NCBI GenBank assembly: GCA_035695825.1
Contig: DASRRH010000031.1
Location: forward strand, 83,648-147,647
Reading direction: 5' to 3'
Source: Planctomycetota bacterium
GTDB lineage: Bacteria > Planctomycetota > UBA1135 > JAKEFM01
Length of the DNA stretch: 64,000 nucleotides
The position numbers were made by a program, and so were the translations under genes. Shown here piece after piece: positions 33,444 through 41,613 of this stretch; within the stretch, counting starts at the first letter, position 1; each line of letters opens with the position of its first letter. The notes below the pieces were generated by a model. That model was not told the DNA's origin. It saw only the letters and a list, made by a program, of their open reading frames with translations, and ran no database searches.

Positions 33444-36400
33444 TCACCTCCGCAATTCGCCCGGCTCGAGCCGGACGACGACCTCCTGGGGGGACGCGTC
33501 CCCGACGCGAAAGGCGACCCACCGCGCGAATCCGCCGTTTGCCCACACGCCGACCGTGTAGTCCCCCGGCACGAGGTGGACGATCGCCTTCCCCTGCTCC
33601 TCGGGCGGCCCCTCGCCCGGCTTCGGAGGCCACGCGAGGACCTCCCGCCCCTTCGCATCGCGCACCGGCGGTGTGCCGGGCGCGAGGGCGCGGCCGCCCT
33701 CCGCGACGAACGAGATGCGAACTCGGGTCCCGCGAAGCATCGCGATCTCGAACGCCGCCTCCTCGCCGCTCTTCACTACCCGCTCGGCCGAGGCGCACTC
33801 GGGGTAGCCCGCGACCCTCGCCGAGGCGAAGTGCCGCCCGGGCGTGATCCCCGCGATGCGAGCGATCCCTCGTGCGTCGGTCGTGCCCCCCGGGCCCCAC
33901 AGGAACTGCCCCGGCCCCTTCGCCTCGAGCGGACGCACGCGGACTTCCGCTCCCTCGAGCGGCTTCCCGGCGGAGTCGACGACCCTGACCGCCGCGCGCC
34001 CGCCGGCGACGGCCGCGATCTCCACGGTCACCGCTGAAGCCTCCGCCACCTCGACGGGCCCGACGGGAGCGGCGAAGTAGTCGTCCGCCGGAGGCTTCGG
34101 GAACCGGCTGTTGCCGGGGAGCTGGCCCGCGATGACCCAATACGACCCGGGCGGGAGGTCGCGGACTCGAAAGCGCCCCTCCGCGTCCGTCTCGAACCGT
34201 GCCCGCGATCCGGCCCAGGCGTCGGCGGCGAGTTTTCCCTCCGGCTCGACCTGGACGAACATCTTCTCGATGGGCGAGCGGTCCTCCGCCTTGAAGACGA
34301 GGCCGCCGATCTCCCCGCCGGGGAGCGAGATCTCGACGGAGACCTCGCCCGACCCGGGGACCTCGACCTTGCGTTCGCTCTCCGCCGAGGACTCCCCCCC
34401 GGACACGAAGAGGCGCGCGGGGCCGGGAGGCACCCCTTCGAAGACGAAGACGCCCTCCTCGCCGGTCTCACCCTGGAGCCCATTCCCGAGGAGCGACCAG
34501 AGCTCCGAGACCTGCCCCCCGAGGCCGTCCCACAGTTTCAAGAACGCCCCCGCGACCGCCTCCTCGCCGCGCCGGACGCGGACGCGCACGCGGGACTGCG
34601 GCCGAGCGGCCTTCTCGAAGTCGACCCGGGTCGTCTTCCGGTCCTCGACGAGCACGACGGCGCCGAGGAAGTCCACTCCCTCCTTCACCGATTCCTCGCC
34701 CGGGGCGACGACGACCTGGATCGACCCCTGCTCGATCCGCGGGCGACTCGCGAGGATCGACCACTTGCCGGGCGCCAGCCCCTCGATCCGGAAGAAGCCG
34801 TCCGGCCCAATGTTCGAGTGCTTCTCGCTGTCCCCTCCCGAGTCGACCGGGTTCGCCGTGGCCCATCCCCTCGCGAAGGGGAGTCCATTCGTGCCGACCG
34901 CGCGACCCTCGACCGCTCCGCCCCGGGAGACCTCGATCACGATCCCTTCGACGGTTCCCCCCTCCGCCACTTCGACGGGGACATGGGGGCTGTCGACGAA
35001 GCCCTCGAGCCGGGCGAGGAGCCGATGCGGGCCGGGCTTCAGACCCTTGGCCTCGAACCTCCCCGCCGCGTCCGCGGCCGTCGTCCGGCCGAGCCCGTCG
35101 TTCCCGTCGACGTCGAGGACGCTCACCCTGGCTCCCGGGACGGGCAGCCCGGTCTCGCGCTCGACGACGGTCCCTCGGACGGTCGCCGCCCGGCGCAGGA
35201 GGACTTCGAGATCGCGCCGGATTTCCCCGGCCTTCACCTCGACCGCTGCGACGCGCTGCGGCCCGAACCCCTGCGCCTCGACTCGCAGGTCGTAGCTGCC
35301 CTCCATGAGGTCGAGGAGTTCGAACGCGCCGTCCTGGGTGACGAAGGTGAGCGGAAGAACTCCGCCGGACCGCATGAGTCCATTCCTGCGAACCGAGTCG
35401 AAGTGGACCCTGAACGCCCGGACGGCAGCTGCGGTCCCCTCCTCTCGGACGACCCCCGCGACGCCCGTCGGTCCCGGAAGGACCAGCTCGAGTCCCTCTG
35501 CGTCAGGCCCGACGTCGGAGATCCGGGCGACCCCGTTCCCTTCGCGCCTCGCTTCGACTGCGAAGGGCCCCTCGTCGAGACCGCTGATCCGGAACGCCCC
35601 CCGCTCGTCGGTGACCGAGCTGCCCGAGAGGGCGCGCCAGGATCCGGTGCGCCAGCGCCGCTTCTCGGAGGTCAAGTCGTCCTCCGTCACGACCTTCGCC
35701 CCTCGAACCGGCGAGCCTCGCCGGTCGACGACGCGACCCGCGATGGATCGGCCGACGTCGAGCGTGAAGACGATCCCCTCGACGCCACCTCGGGTCGGCA
35801 CCTGGACGGTCCGGTCGTCCCGGTCCTTGTTGAGCATCCCGGGCTTCGAGGCCTGCAGGGTCCAGGCGCCCCCGCGCAGCCCCCGGAGCCGGAACGCGCC
35901 CGCGCCGTCCGTAGTCGTCGCGAACGGGCCGAGAGCCGAGGCTGGATCGAGGAAGCCCCCTGAGGGATGCGCGGTGACCCCTGCTCCCGCGACGCCGGCG
36001 CCATGAGAGTCGACGACGCGACCCGCCAGGAAGGAATCCTCGGAGAGCACGAGGTCGAGGCGAGAGGTCTCCCGGTCGCGGACCTCGACCTCCTTCGGCG
36101 ACGAGGGGCCGAAGCCCGTGGCGTCGGCGACGGCCGCGTACTTCCCGGCCAGGAGGCCGCGGAGCCGGGCCTTCCCTCCCCTCGCCGGCAGCGCTCGTGA
36201 CCTCCACCCGAATTGAGGGGAGACCACGAGGAGCGAAAGCCGCCCCGTCTCCGGCACGGAACCGTCTGGGCCTCGGAGAGTCGCCTCGACCGACCCCGCG
36301 GGCTCGAGGACGAGCGTCAGTCCCTCCTCGACCTCGGGAGTCCCGAGCGCGAACCACTCTTCCTTCCGGTAGCGCGCGAAGTCCGCTTCGACGGCGAGCC

Positions 36401-36839
36401 GGAACGCCGGGAGATCCGGCGGAACCCCGACGGAGAAGGTGCCTCCGGAGGCTTCGGCCGAGTACTCCGCTCTCCCGTCGTCGCGGAGGACGCGCACGAG
36501 CGCGTTCCCTTCGAAGGGCCGGGAGTCCTCCGTGACGAGCCTTCCTGCGACCCGCGCCTTGACTGCCTCGCGTGGAGGGGCCGCGGCCTCGGCGGCGAAG
36601 GGCGCCGAGGGGGCCGTCGCGGGCGCGGGAGCCGCCGGCGATAAACGCACATCATGAGGGGAGGGACTTCCGGTCCCGACCTGCGGCGCCGCGCGATCAC
36701 CTCCGAGGAAGATCGCGGCGAACAGCGCGATCGCCGCCGCGGACGCGCCGAGGAGGAGGAGTGTTCTCGCGCGGCCGCCCGCTGGGACGCTCCGCGGGTT
36801 CCGCAGGTCCGCTCCGGTTCCTCGCGAGGACGGATTCAC
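33444..36839 (-). CDS. Giant membrane-anchored CarboxypepD_reg-like repeat protein
   Basis: 1131 aa with a GTG start. Short cytoplasmic N-terminus, TM LLLLGASAAAIALFAAIFLGG, then more than 10 beta-sandwich repeats (for example LAGRVVDSHGAGVAGAGVTA, IAGRVVDRRGSPVRGAKVV, VRGTVVERETGLPVPGARVSV). Confidence 0.75.
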   Translation of the reverse strand: MNPSSRGTGADLRNPRSVPAGGRARTLLLLGASAAAIALFAAIFLGGDRAAPQVGTGSPSPHDVRLSPAAPAPATAPSAPFAAEAAAPPREAVKARVAGRLVTEDSRPFEGNALVRVLRDDGRAEYSAEASGGTFSVGVPPDLPAFRLAVEADFARYRKEEWFALGTPEVEEGLTLVLEPAGSVEATLRGPDGSVPETGRLSLLVVSPQFGWRSRALPARGGKARLRGLLAGKYAAVADATGFGPSSPKEVEVRDRETSRLDLVLSEDSFLAGRVVDSHGAGVAGAGVTAHPSGGFLDPASALGPFATTTDGAGAFRLRGLRGGAWTLQASKPGMLNKDRDDRTVQVPTRGGVEGIVFTLDVGRSIAGRVVDRRGSPVRGAKVVTEDDLTSEKRRWRTGSWRALSGSSVTDERGAFRISGLDEGPFAVEARREGNGVARISDVGPDAEGLELVLPGPTGVAGVVREEGTAAAVRAFRVHFDSVRRNGLMRSGGVLPLTFVTQDGAFELLDLMEGSYDLRVEAQGFGPQRVAAVEVKAGEIRRDLEVLLRRAATVRGTVVERETGLPVPGARVSVLDVDGNDGLGRTTAADAAGRFEAKGLKPGPHRLLARLEGFVDSPHVPVEVAEGGTVEGIVIEVSRGGAVEGRAVGTNGLPFARGWATANPVDSGGDSEKHSNIGPDGFFRIEGLAPGKWSILASRPRIEQGSIQVVVAPGEESVKEGVDFLGAVVLVEDRKTTRVDFEKAARPQSRVRVRVRRGEEAVAGAFLKLWDGLGGQVSELWSLLGNGLQGETGEEGVFVFEGVPPGPARLFVSGGESSAESERKVEVPGSGEVSVEISLPGGEIGGLVFKAEDRSPIEKMFVQVEPEGKLAADAWAGSRARFETDAEGRFRVRDLPPGSYWVIAGQLPGNSRFPKPPADDYFAAPVGPVEVAEASAVTVEIAAVAGGRAAVRVVDSAGKPLEGAEVRVRPLEAKGPGQFLWGPGGTTDARGIARIAGITPGRHFASARVAGYPECASAERVVKSGEEAAFEIAMLRGTRVRISFVAEGGRALAPGTPPVRDAKGREVLAWPPKPGEGPPEEQGKAIVHLVPGDYTVGVWANGGFARWVAFRVGDASPQEVVVRLEPGELRR

Positions 36840-37096
36840 GCGGAGGATGGGGAGGCCTCGTTTCGTGCCTCCTCGTGGCGCGCGGCGATTGTAAGGGCCG
36901 GAGGAACGCGCGCGCCGATTGGCGGACCGGGACTCGCGAACGGCGCGACTTCCAGCCCGGACCCTCCCAGGCCTTGCGACGAGAGGGAGAGGAATGACCT
37001 GTTAGGTCTTCATTCGCCACGAGATGTTGGGTTGCGAGTTCGATCCTCCCCCAATATCCTGCGATCTCGCGCCACGAAGCCTCGGAACCGGGAGCC

Positions 37097-37837
37097 ATGA
37101 GCGAGAACACGAAGGACCTACGGGTCTACCTCGTCGGCGCGCACGCGACGGGGAAGACGACCCTCGCGCGATACATCCGCGACCACTACGGCCTCCCGAT
37201 GATCAGCGAGGTGGCGCGGGCCGTGCTCGCGGAACTCGAGACGAACCTCGACCGCCTGCGCTCCGATGTCGACGCGGTCTCCCGCTACCAGCGCGAGGTC
37301 TTCTTCCGCCAGATCGAGGCCGAGCGCGCGCAGGCGAGCAAGGGGGGATTCGTCTCCGACCGCGCCTTCTGCAACCTCTCCTACGCCGCGAACCACGCGA
37401 CGATCATGGCCGAGGTCTTCCGCGACCCGATCCTCGACGACTACATGCGCTGGGTGGGGGAGGGGATCGTCTTCTTCCTCCGCCCGCACCGCGAGTTCCT
37501 CCAGGCCGACGGCGTGCGTGCGGGCCTCGCGTGGGAGGACGTCCTCGTCGTCGACGGGATGGTGAAGCTCTTCCTCGAGATGTACGGAGTCCCCTACTTC
37601 CCCGTCTCGATGATCGCGATGCAGGAGCGCGTCCGGCTCGTCGACGCGGTCCTTTCCCTCAAGATCGGGCGGCGCTGCGGCTCCTACCGCATCGCCCCCT
37701 CCGCCCCGCCGCCGAAGACCGCGGCGAGCCTCGCGACGGTCGTCTCCCAGCCGAAGCGCGCGCGCAGGACGGGCGAGCTACCTCTCGCGCCGGTCCGCAA
37801 CGGGGATCGCTACCCGGTGGTGGTTGCTTCTCCCTGA
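37097..37837 (+). CDS. P-loop ATPase (AAA_28 / NadR-kinase-like)
   Basis: 246 aa. Walker A in RVYLVGAHATGKTTLARYI. Family assignment by eye only. Confidence 0.7.
   Translation: MSENTKDLRVYLVGAHATGKTTLARYIRDHYGLPMISEVARAVLAELETNLDRLRSDVDAVSRYQREVFFRQIEAERAQASKGGFVSDRAFCNLSYAANHATIMAEVFRDPILDDYMRWVGEGIVFFLRPHREFLQADGVRAGLAWEDVLVVDGMVKLFLEMYGVPYFPVSMIAMQERVRLVDAVLSLKIGRRCGSYRIAPSAPPPKTAASLATVVSQPKRARRTGELPLAPVRNGDRYPVVVASP
37241..37816 (+). repeat. Direct repeat copy A (3' 576 bp of the ATPase gene)
   Basis: Colinear without indels with 38634-39209 (offset 1393 nt). Most positions are identical when read side by side. Confidence 0.85.
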
Positions 37838-38042
37838 TCCGCCTGGAGGGCTCTGGCACTTGATCGAGCCGGTCTCTCGTCGAGTTAGGAACGGCAGGTC
37901 GAGCGAGCCTGGGTGCGGGTAGGGGATGGGGGCTCGGGAGGGTCCCCGGCCGGCCCTCCCAGACGAGAGCCGGCCCGCGGCACGCTCGTTCGCATGAAAT
38001 CTCCTTCGGAATCGGTCGACGGTCGAGCGCAGCGGTGCGGTC

Positions 38043-38324
38043 GTGTTCGATCGTGAGCTGCGACGATTCCGGGAAGCGGTCCGGATCGGAGAGTACGTCG
38101 TCACCTATCACGGGCTCGACGAGATGGAGGACGACGGTCTCTCCGTGCTGGACGTGGAGTCCTGCGTGCTGACGGGCTCGATCGTCGAACGCTAGCTCGA
38201 TCACCGAACCGGCGAGAAGAAGTTCCTCATTCGAGGACGCACGGTCCAGGGGGAGGGAGCGGCGGTAGTGGTGAAGCGACTCCCGGCGGGTAGGATGGCC
38301 GTCCTGACCGTCTACAGGATGTGA
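38043..38324 (+). pseudogene. DUF4258-like toxin gene interrupted by an in-frame TAG
   Basis: Not in the track. GTG 38043 opens VFDRELRRFREAVRIGEYVVTYHGLDEMEDDGLSVLDVESCVLTGSIVER-TAG(38193-38195)-LDHRTGEKKFLIRGRTVQGEGAAVVVKRLPAGRMAVLTVYRM, then TGA 38322-38324. The pattern on both sides of the stop fits DUF4258. Confidence 0.55.
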
Positions 38325-38327
38325 AAC

Positions 38328-38594
38328 ATGAGCCGCCGGAAGATCGTGTGCGACTTCTGCGGCAGGACGGGAGTCCGCGTCCGTCGTGCCACCCGAAGCT
38401 ACGGGCGCGGCCGTTCCGAGTTCCTGATCCGCAACATCCCGACGATCAGCTGCCCCCACTGCGGGGAGACCTACGTCACGGCGCAGACCGCGCGCGAGCT
38501 GGAACGGATCAAGATCCACCGTCGCAGCCTCGCGGTGAAGCGGCGGGTTGCGGTGGCGGACTTCCCGAGGGTTCCTCGCCGTAGGGCGGGCTGA
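38328..38594 (+). CDS. YgiT/MqsA-type zinc-finger antitoxin-like protein
   Basis: 88 aa. CDFCG...CPHCGETYVT gives two CxxC pairs. Starts 3 nt after the DUF4258 stop. Confidence 0.7.
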   Translation: MSRRKIVCDFCGRTGVRVRRATRSYGRGRSEFLIRNIPTISCPHCGETYVTAQTARELERIKIHRRSLAVKRRVAVADFPRVPRRRAG

Positions 38595-38633
38595 CGCGAG
38601 GCTCGATCCGAGGGCTCGATCCGCAAGCTAGCG

Positions 38634-39209
38634 ACGAGCCTCGACCGCCTGCGCTCGGACGTCGACGCCGTCTCGCCCTACCAGCGCGAGGTCTTCTTCC
38701 GCCAGATCGAGGGCGAGCGGGCCCAGGCGCAGAAGGGGGGCTTCGTCTCCGACCGCGCCTTCTGCAACCTCTCCAACGCCGCGAACCACGCGACGATCAT
38801 GGCGGAGGTCTTCCGCGACCCGATCCTCGACGATTACATGTGGTGGGTGGGGGAGGGGATCGTCTTCTTCCTCCGCCCGCACCGCGAGCTCCTCGCGGCC
38901 GACGGCGTGCGCGGGGGCATCGCATGGGAGGACGTCCTCGTCGTCGACGGGATGGTGAAGCTCTTCCTCGAGATGTACGGGATCCCGTACTTCCCGGTCC
39001 CGATGGTCGCGATGCAGGAGCGGGTCCGCCTCGTCGACGCGGTCCTCTCCCTCAAGATCGGGCGGCGCTGCGGCTCCTACCGCGTCGAATCGTCCCCCGC
39101 GCGGCCGAAGACCGCGGCGAGCCTCGCGACGGTCGTCTCCCAGCCGGAGCGCGCGCGCAGGACGGGCGAGCTTCCGCTCGCGCCCGTGCGGAACGGCGAT
39201 CGGTACCCG
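38634..39209 (+). repeat. Direct repeat copy B
   Basis: See copy A. Begins 40 nt after the zinc-finger gene stop. Confidence 0.85.
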
Positions 39210-39230
39210 ATCGCCACGAGTTCCTCCTAG
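38634..39230 (+). pseudogene. 5'-truncated second copy of the P-loop ATPase gene (Walker A missing)
   Basis: The frame is open from 38595, the same frame as the zinc-finger ORF and directly after its stop. It encodes ...LDRLRSDVDAVSPYQREVFFRQIEGERAQAQKGGFVSDRAFCNLSNAANHATIMAEVFRDPILDDYMWWVGEGIVFF.... The first in-frame ATG is at 38799 (track ORF 38799..39230). Confidence 0.7.
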
Positions 39231-39442
39231 CTTCACGAGGGGCCCTGCAATGGAGCCCGGCGGACTCGAGCGGCGGGTCTGGCCGAGTCCACGTCGGCCC
39301 CCCCGGCGAGGAGGTCTTCCCGATCCGGAGATCCGCGGCGCTCTGTCGAGGGGCCCCAGCCGAAGGCCGTTGCGCCCGCTACGTCCCCTCCCCCGATCGC
39401 GCTCGCTTGCCCGCTCTGGACACCTGCGCTAGATTCCGCGGT

Positions 39443-40592
39443 GTGTTGAGGGAAGTGGATCTCGACACGGGGACGGCGACGGCGCTGCGCCGATCCGGCG
39501 ATTCGCGGAATCCCGGCTCGCCGGCGTCCAGCGTTACCGCACGGGAGCTCGGCGGCGCCTCCCTCGTCTGCGAGGAGACCTGGAAAACCGAAGGGAGCGG
39601 CCCCCCTCGTCCACGGCCCACCGTCCGGCTCGGCGACCGGGCCCGCGCCACGATGCGACTACGTCAAATGAGCCCGCGCACGGAGGACGCGTACGTGGGC
39701 TGGTTGCTGCGCCACCACGCGTTCCACGGACGGCAAGACCCCTCGCAACCCGGCGCGGAACACGTCACCTCCTTCCTGAACGCGCTGGCGACGCGCTCGC
39801 GCGTGTCCGCCGCGACGCAGAACCAGGCGCTGGCCGCGCTCCTCTTCCTCTACCGCGAGGTGCTGGGCCTGGACCTGCCGTGGCTCGAGGGCCTGGTTCG
39901 CGCGAGGACGCCCGAGCGCCTCCCCGTCGTTCTCTCGCGCGACGAGGTGCTGGCGGTCCTCGGGCGCATGGAAGGCGCGCCGCGGCGGATGGCGACGCTG
40001 TTCTACGGCTCCGGCCTGCGCCTCCTGGAGTGCTGCCGCCTGCGCGTGAAGGACGTCGACTTCGGCCGCAACCAGATCGCGGTCCGGCGCGGGAAGGGCG
40101 ACAAGGACCGCGTCACGATGCTGCCGTGCGCCGTGAGGGCCGCCCTGGCCGAGCACCTGGAACGGGCTCGAGAGCAGCACTTGCGCGATCTGGCGCAGGG
40201 GGCGGGCTTCGTGGAGCTCCCCGGCGCGCTGGCGCGCAAGCTCCCGTCCGCGGGGCGCGAGTGGCCCTGGCAGTGGGTCTTCCCCGGCGACGCGCATCTA
40301 CGTCGAGCGGGTCGGCGGGGAGAGGCGACGCCACCACCTGCACGAGACGGTCGTTCAGCAGGCCGTGCGCCGGGCCGTCCTCGCATCGGGAATCCCGAAG
40401 AGAGCCACCTGCCACACGTTCCGCCACTCGTTCGCGACGCACCTCCTTGAGGACGGGAGCGACATCCGCACCGTCCAGGAGCTGCTCGGGCACAGGGACG
40501 TGGCGACGACCATGGTCTACACGCGCGTCCTGAACCGGGGGCCGGCGGGGGTGCGAAGCCCGGCGGACCGGCTGCTGGGGGACGGGCCGTGA
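39443..40592 (+). pseudogene. intI: Integron integrase IntI, split by a +1 frameshift near the C4 run at 40282-40285
   Basis: Part 1, in the frame of track ORF 38840..40450: RTEDAYVGWLLRH...VSAATQNQALAALLFLYREVLGLDLPWL...RLPVVLSRDEV...LRLLECCRLRVKDVDFGRNQIAVRRGKGDKDRVTMLP...[24 protein letters not shown]. Part 2, in the +1 frame (includes track ORF 40365..40592): [85 protein letters not shown]. The 5' end is uncertain: GTG 39443/39455 or ATG 39653. Confidence 0.85.
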
Positions 40593-40676
40593 GCGGACGG
40601 TGGGTCGCGACACGGGCGGCGGTTTGGCGGGTGGTGGAGTCCGTCGCCTTGCCTTGCCGACCGGAGACGAACGTAG

Positions 40677-40781
40677 ATCTGCCTAACCCTGGAGAGGCGG
40701 TGAAACGGATCAAGCACAAATGCTCGGGTGACGCGTACTTGATGCCGGGGACGAGTCGGATGCGGGCCGCATTAGGCAGAT
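40677..40781 (+). mobile_element. attC-like or attI-region inverted repeat (ATCTGCCTAA ... TTAGGCAGAT)
   Basis: GCCTAAC (an RYYYAAC match) at 40681-40687. Its 10-nt partner TTAGGCAGAT lies at 40772-40781 and again at 40804-40813. Inner pairing CGGATCAAG/CTTGATGCCG. The region between the arms pairs poorly, so this is a weaker call than the two sites below. Confidence 0.4.
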
Positions 40782-40847
40782 GGCGTCACTGCGTTCAGGG
40801 GGATTAGGCAGATCAGTCCAATACACGTTAGCCGTGCCCACCCTTTC

Positions 40848-41330
40848 TTGAGGTGGCGTCAACTCGTGAACACTCGCCAGCCCAGCCCCAACGCACAGTT
40901 TTCCGCCTTCCTGTCGCGGTTCCCCCCCGAGATCGTCGCGCTGGTAAAGCGGTGTCTGCCCAAACTCCGCCGCGCTTTCCCCGGCTCCTATCAGCTCGTT
41001 TACGACTACTCCAACTCGCTCGTGGTGGCGTTCGGTATGTCAGAGCGCGGATACGAGGCCATCGTCGCCATTGCTATCTTTCCGCGCTGGCTCCGGCTGT
41101 ACTTCGACAAGTCCCTTCCCGACCCTAAAGGTCTTCTCGAGGGCTCTGGCGCCAAAGTACGCAGCGTTACCCTCAAGGCCGCATCAGACCTCGATCACGG
41201 GGACATCCAGGTACTAATCAAGGCTGCGATCAAGCACTCCGGGGTCATCTTCCCGCGCACCCGCTCGAGCCGCATGATCATCAAGTCGGAGTCGAAGAAG
41301 CGGAGACCAAGGAGAACCGGGGACGCCTAA
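40848..41330 (+). CDS. Integron cassette ORF, hypothetical (possibly DUF1801-like)
   Basis: 160 aa with noticeably lower G+C codon usage. The stop TAA lies inside the R'' box of the following attC. Start uncertain (TTG 40848 or GTG 40866). Confidence 0.6.
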   Translation: MRWRQLVNTRQPSPNAQFSAFLSRFPPEIVALVKRCLPKLRRAFPGSYQLVYDYSNSLVVAFGMSERGYEAIVAIAIFPRWLRLYFDKSLPDPKGLLEGSGAKVRSVTLKAASDLDHGDIQVLIKAAIKHSGVIFPRTRSSRMIIKSESKKRRPRRTGDA

Positions 41331-41423
41331 CATGCGCATGCACCTGACAACGGCGCCGCGAAAGGTTTCAGACGCCGTGAGGTACTCTGAGGCGCCGTTG
41401 CAGGTGATGCGCAGCCGTTTGCC
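41325..41423 (+). mobile_element. attC recombination site 1
   Basis: R'' GCCTAAC at 41325-41331 overlaps the cassette stop codon. The left arm AACATGCGCATGCACCTGACAACGGCGCC pairs with the right arm GGCGCCGTTGCAGGTGATGCGCAGCCGTTT, leaving single unpaired G and A in the left arm. R'-like GTTTGCC at 41417-41423. Confidence 0.7.
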
Positions 41424-41613
41424 AGATGGACGGATATCGAACGGCGACCTGCCGATCGTCCCGCACGGGTTCTCCAACGTTGTTCTCGTGACGGATGTCT
41501 AAGTCCAGTGGATCCACTCGCGCCGCGCGCGCCGAGGTTTGGATCGGAACGATTCATCCGCGGCCCGTCCAGCGCCGCCCCCCGTTCGGCCCAGGTTTCA
41601 GGATGCCGCAGCA

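Noticed and set aside
36990-37060. A possible tRNA gene.
   Set aside because: Only a T-arm-like segment with one stem mismatch is present. I could find no matching acceptor 5' strand, D-arm or 7-nt anticodon loop. It is kept only as a low-interest att-remnant hypothesis.
37880-37890. GTTAGGA after the intact ATPase gene as a possible attC core on the 5' side of intI.
   Set aside because: The last base violates GTTRRRY, there is no partner RYYYAAC box or imperfect palindrome nearby, and the genes there are in host-like G+C.
38599-38624. Short direct repeat GGCTCGATCCG x2, considered as a possible CRISPR or att repeat.
   Set aside because: There are only two copies of 11 nt, separated by 2 nt, at the duplication junction. 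No array structure exists, and no CRISPR-like array was seen anywhere in the window.
40589-40807. 72-aa ORF spanning the intI stop and the attC-like region.
   Set aside because: It lies across recombination-site repeats, has no RBS or motif, and is most likely non-coding.
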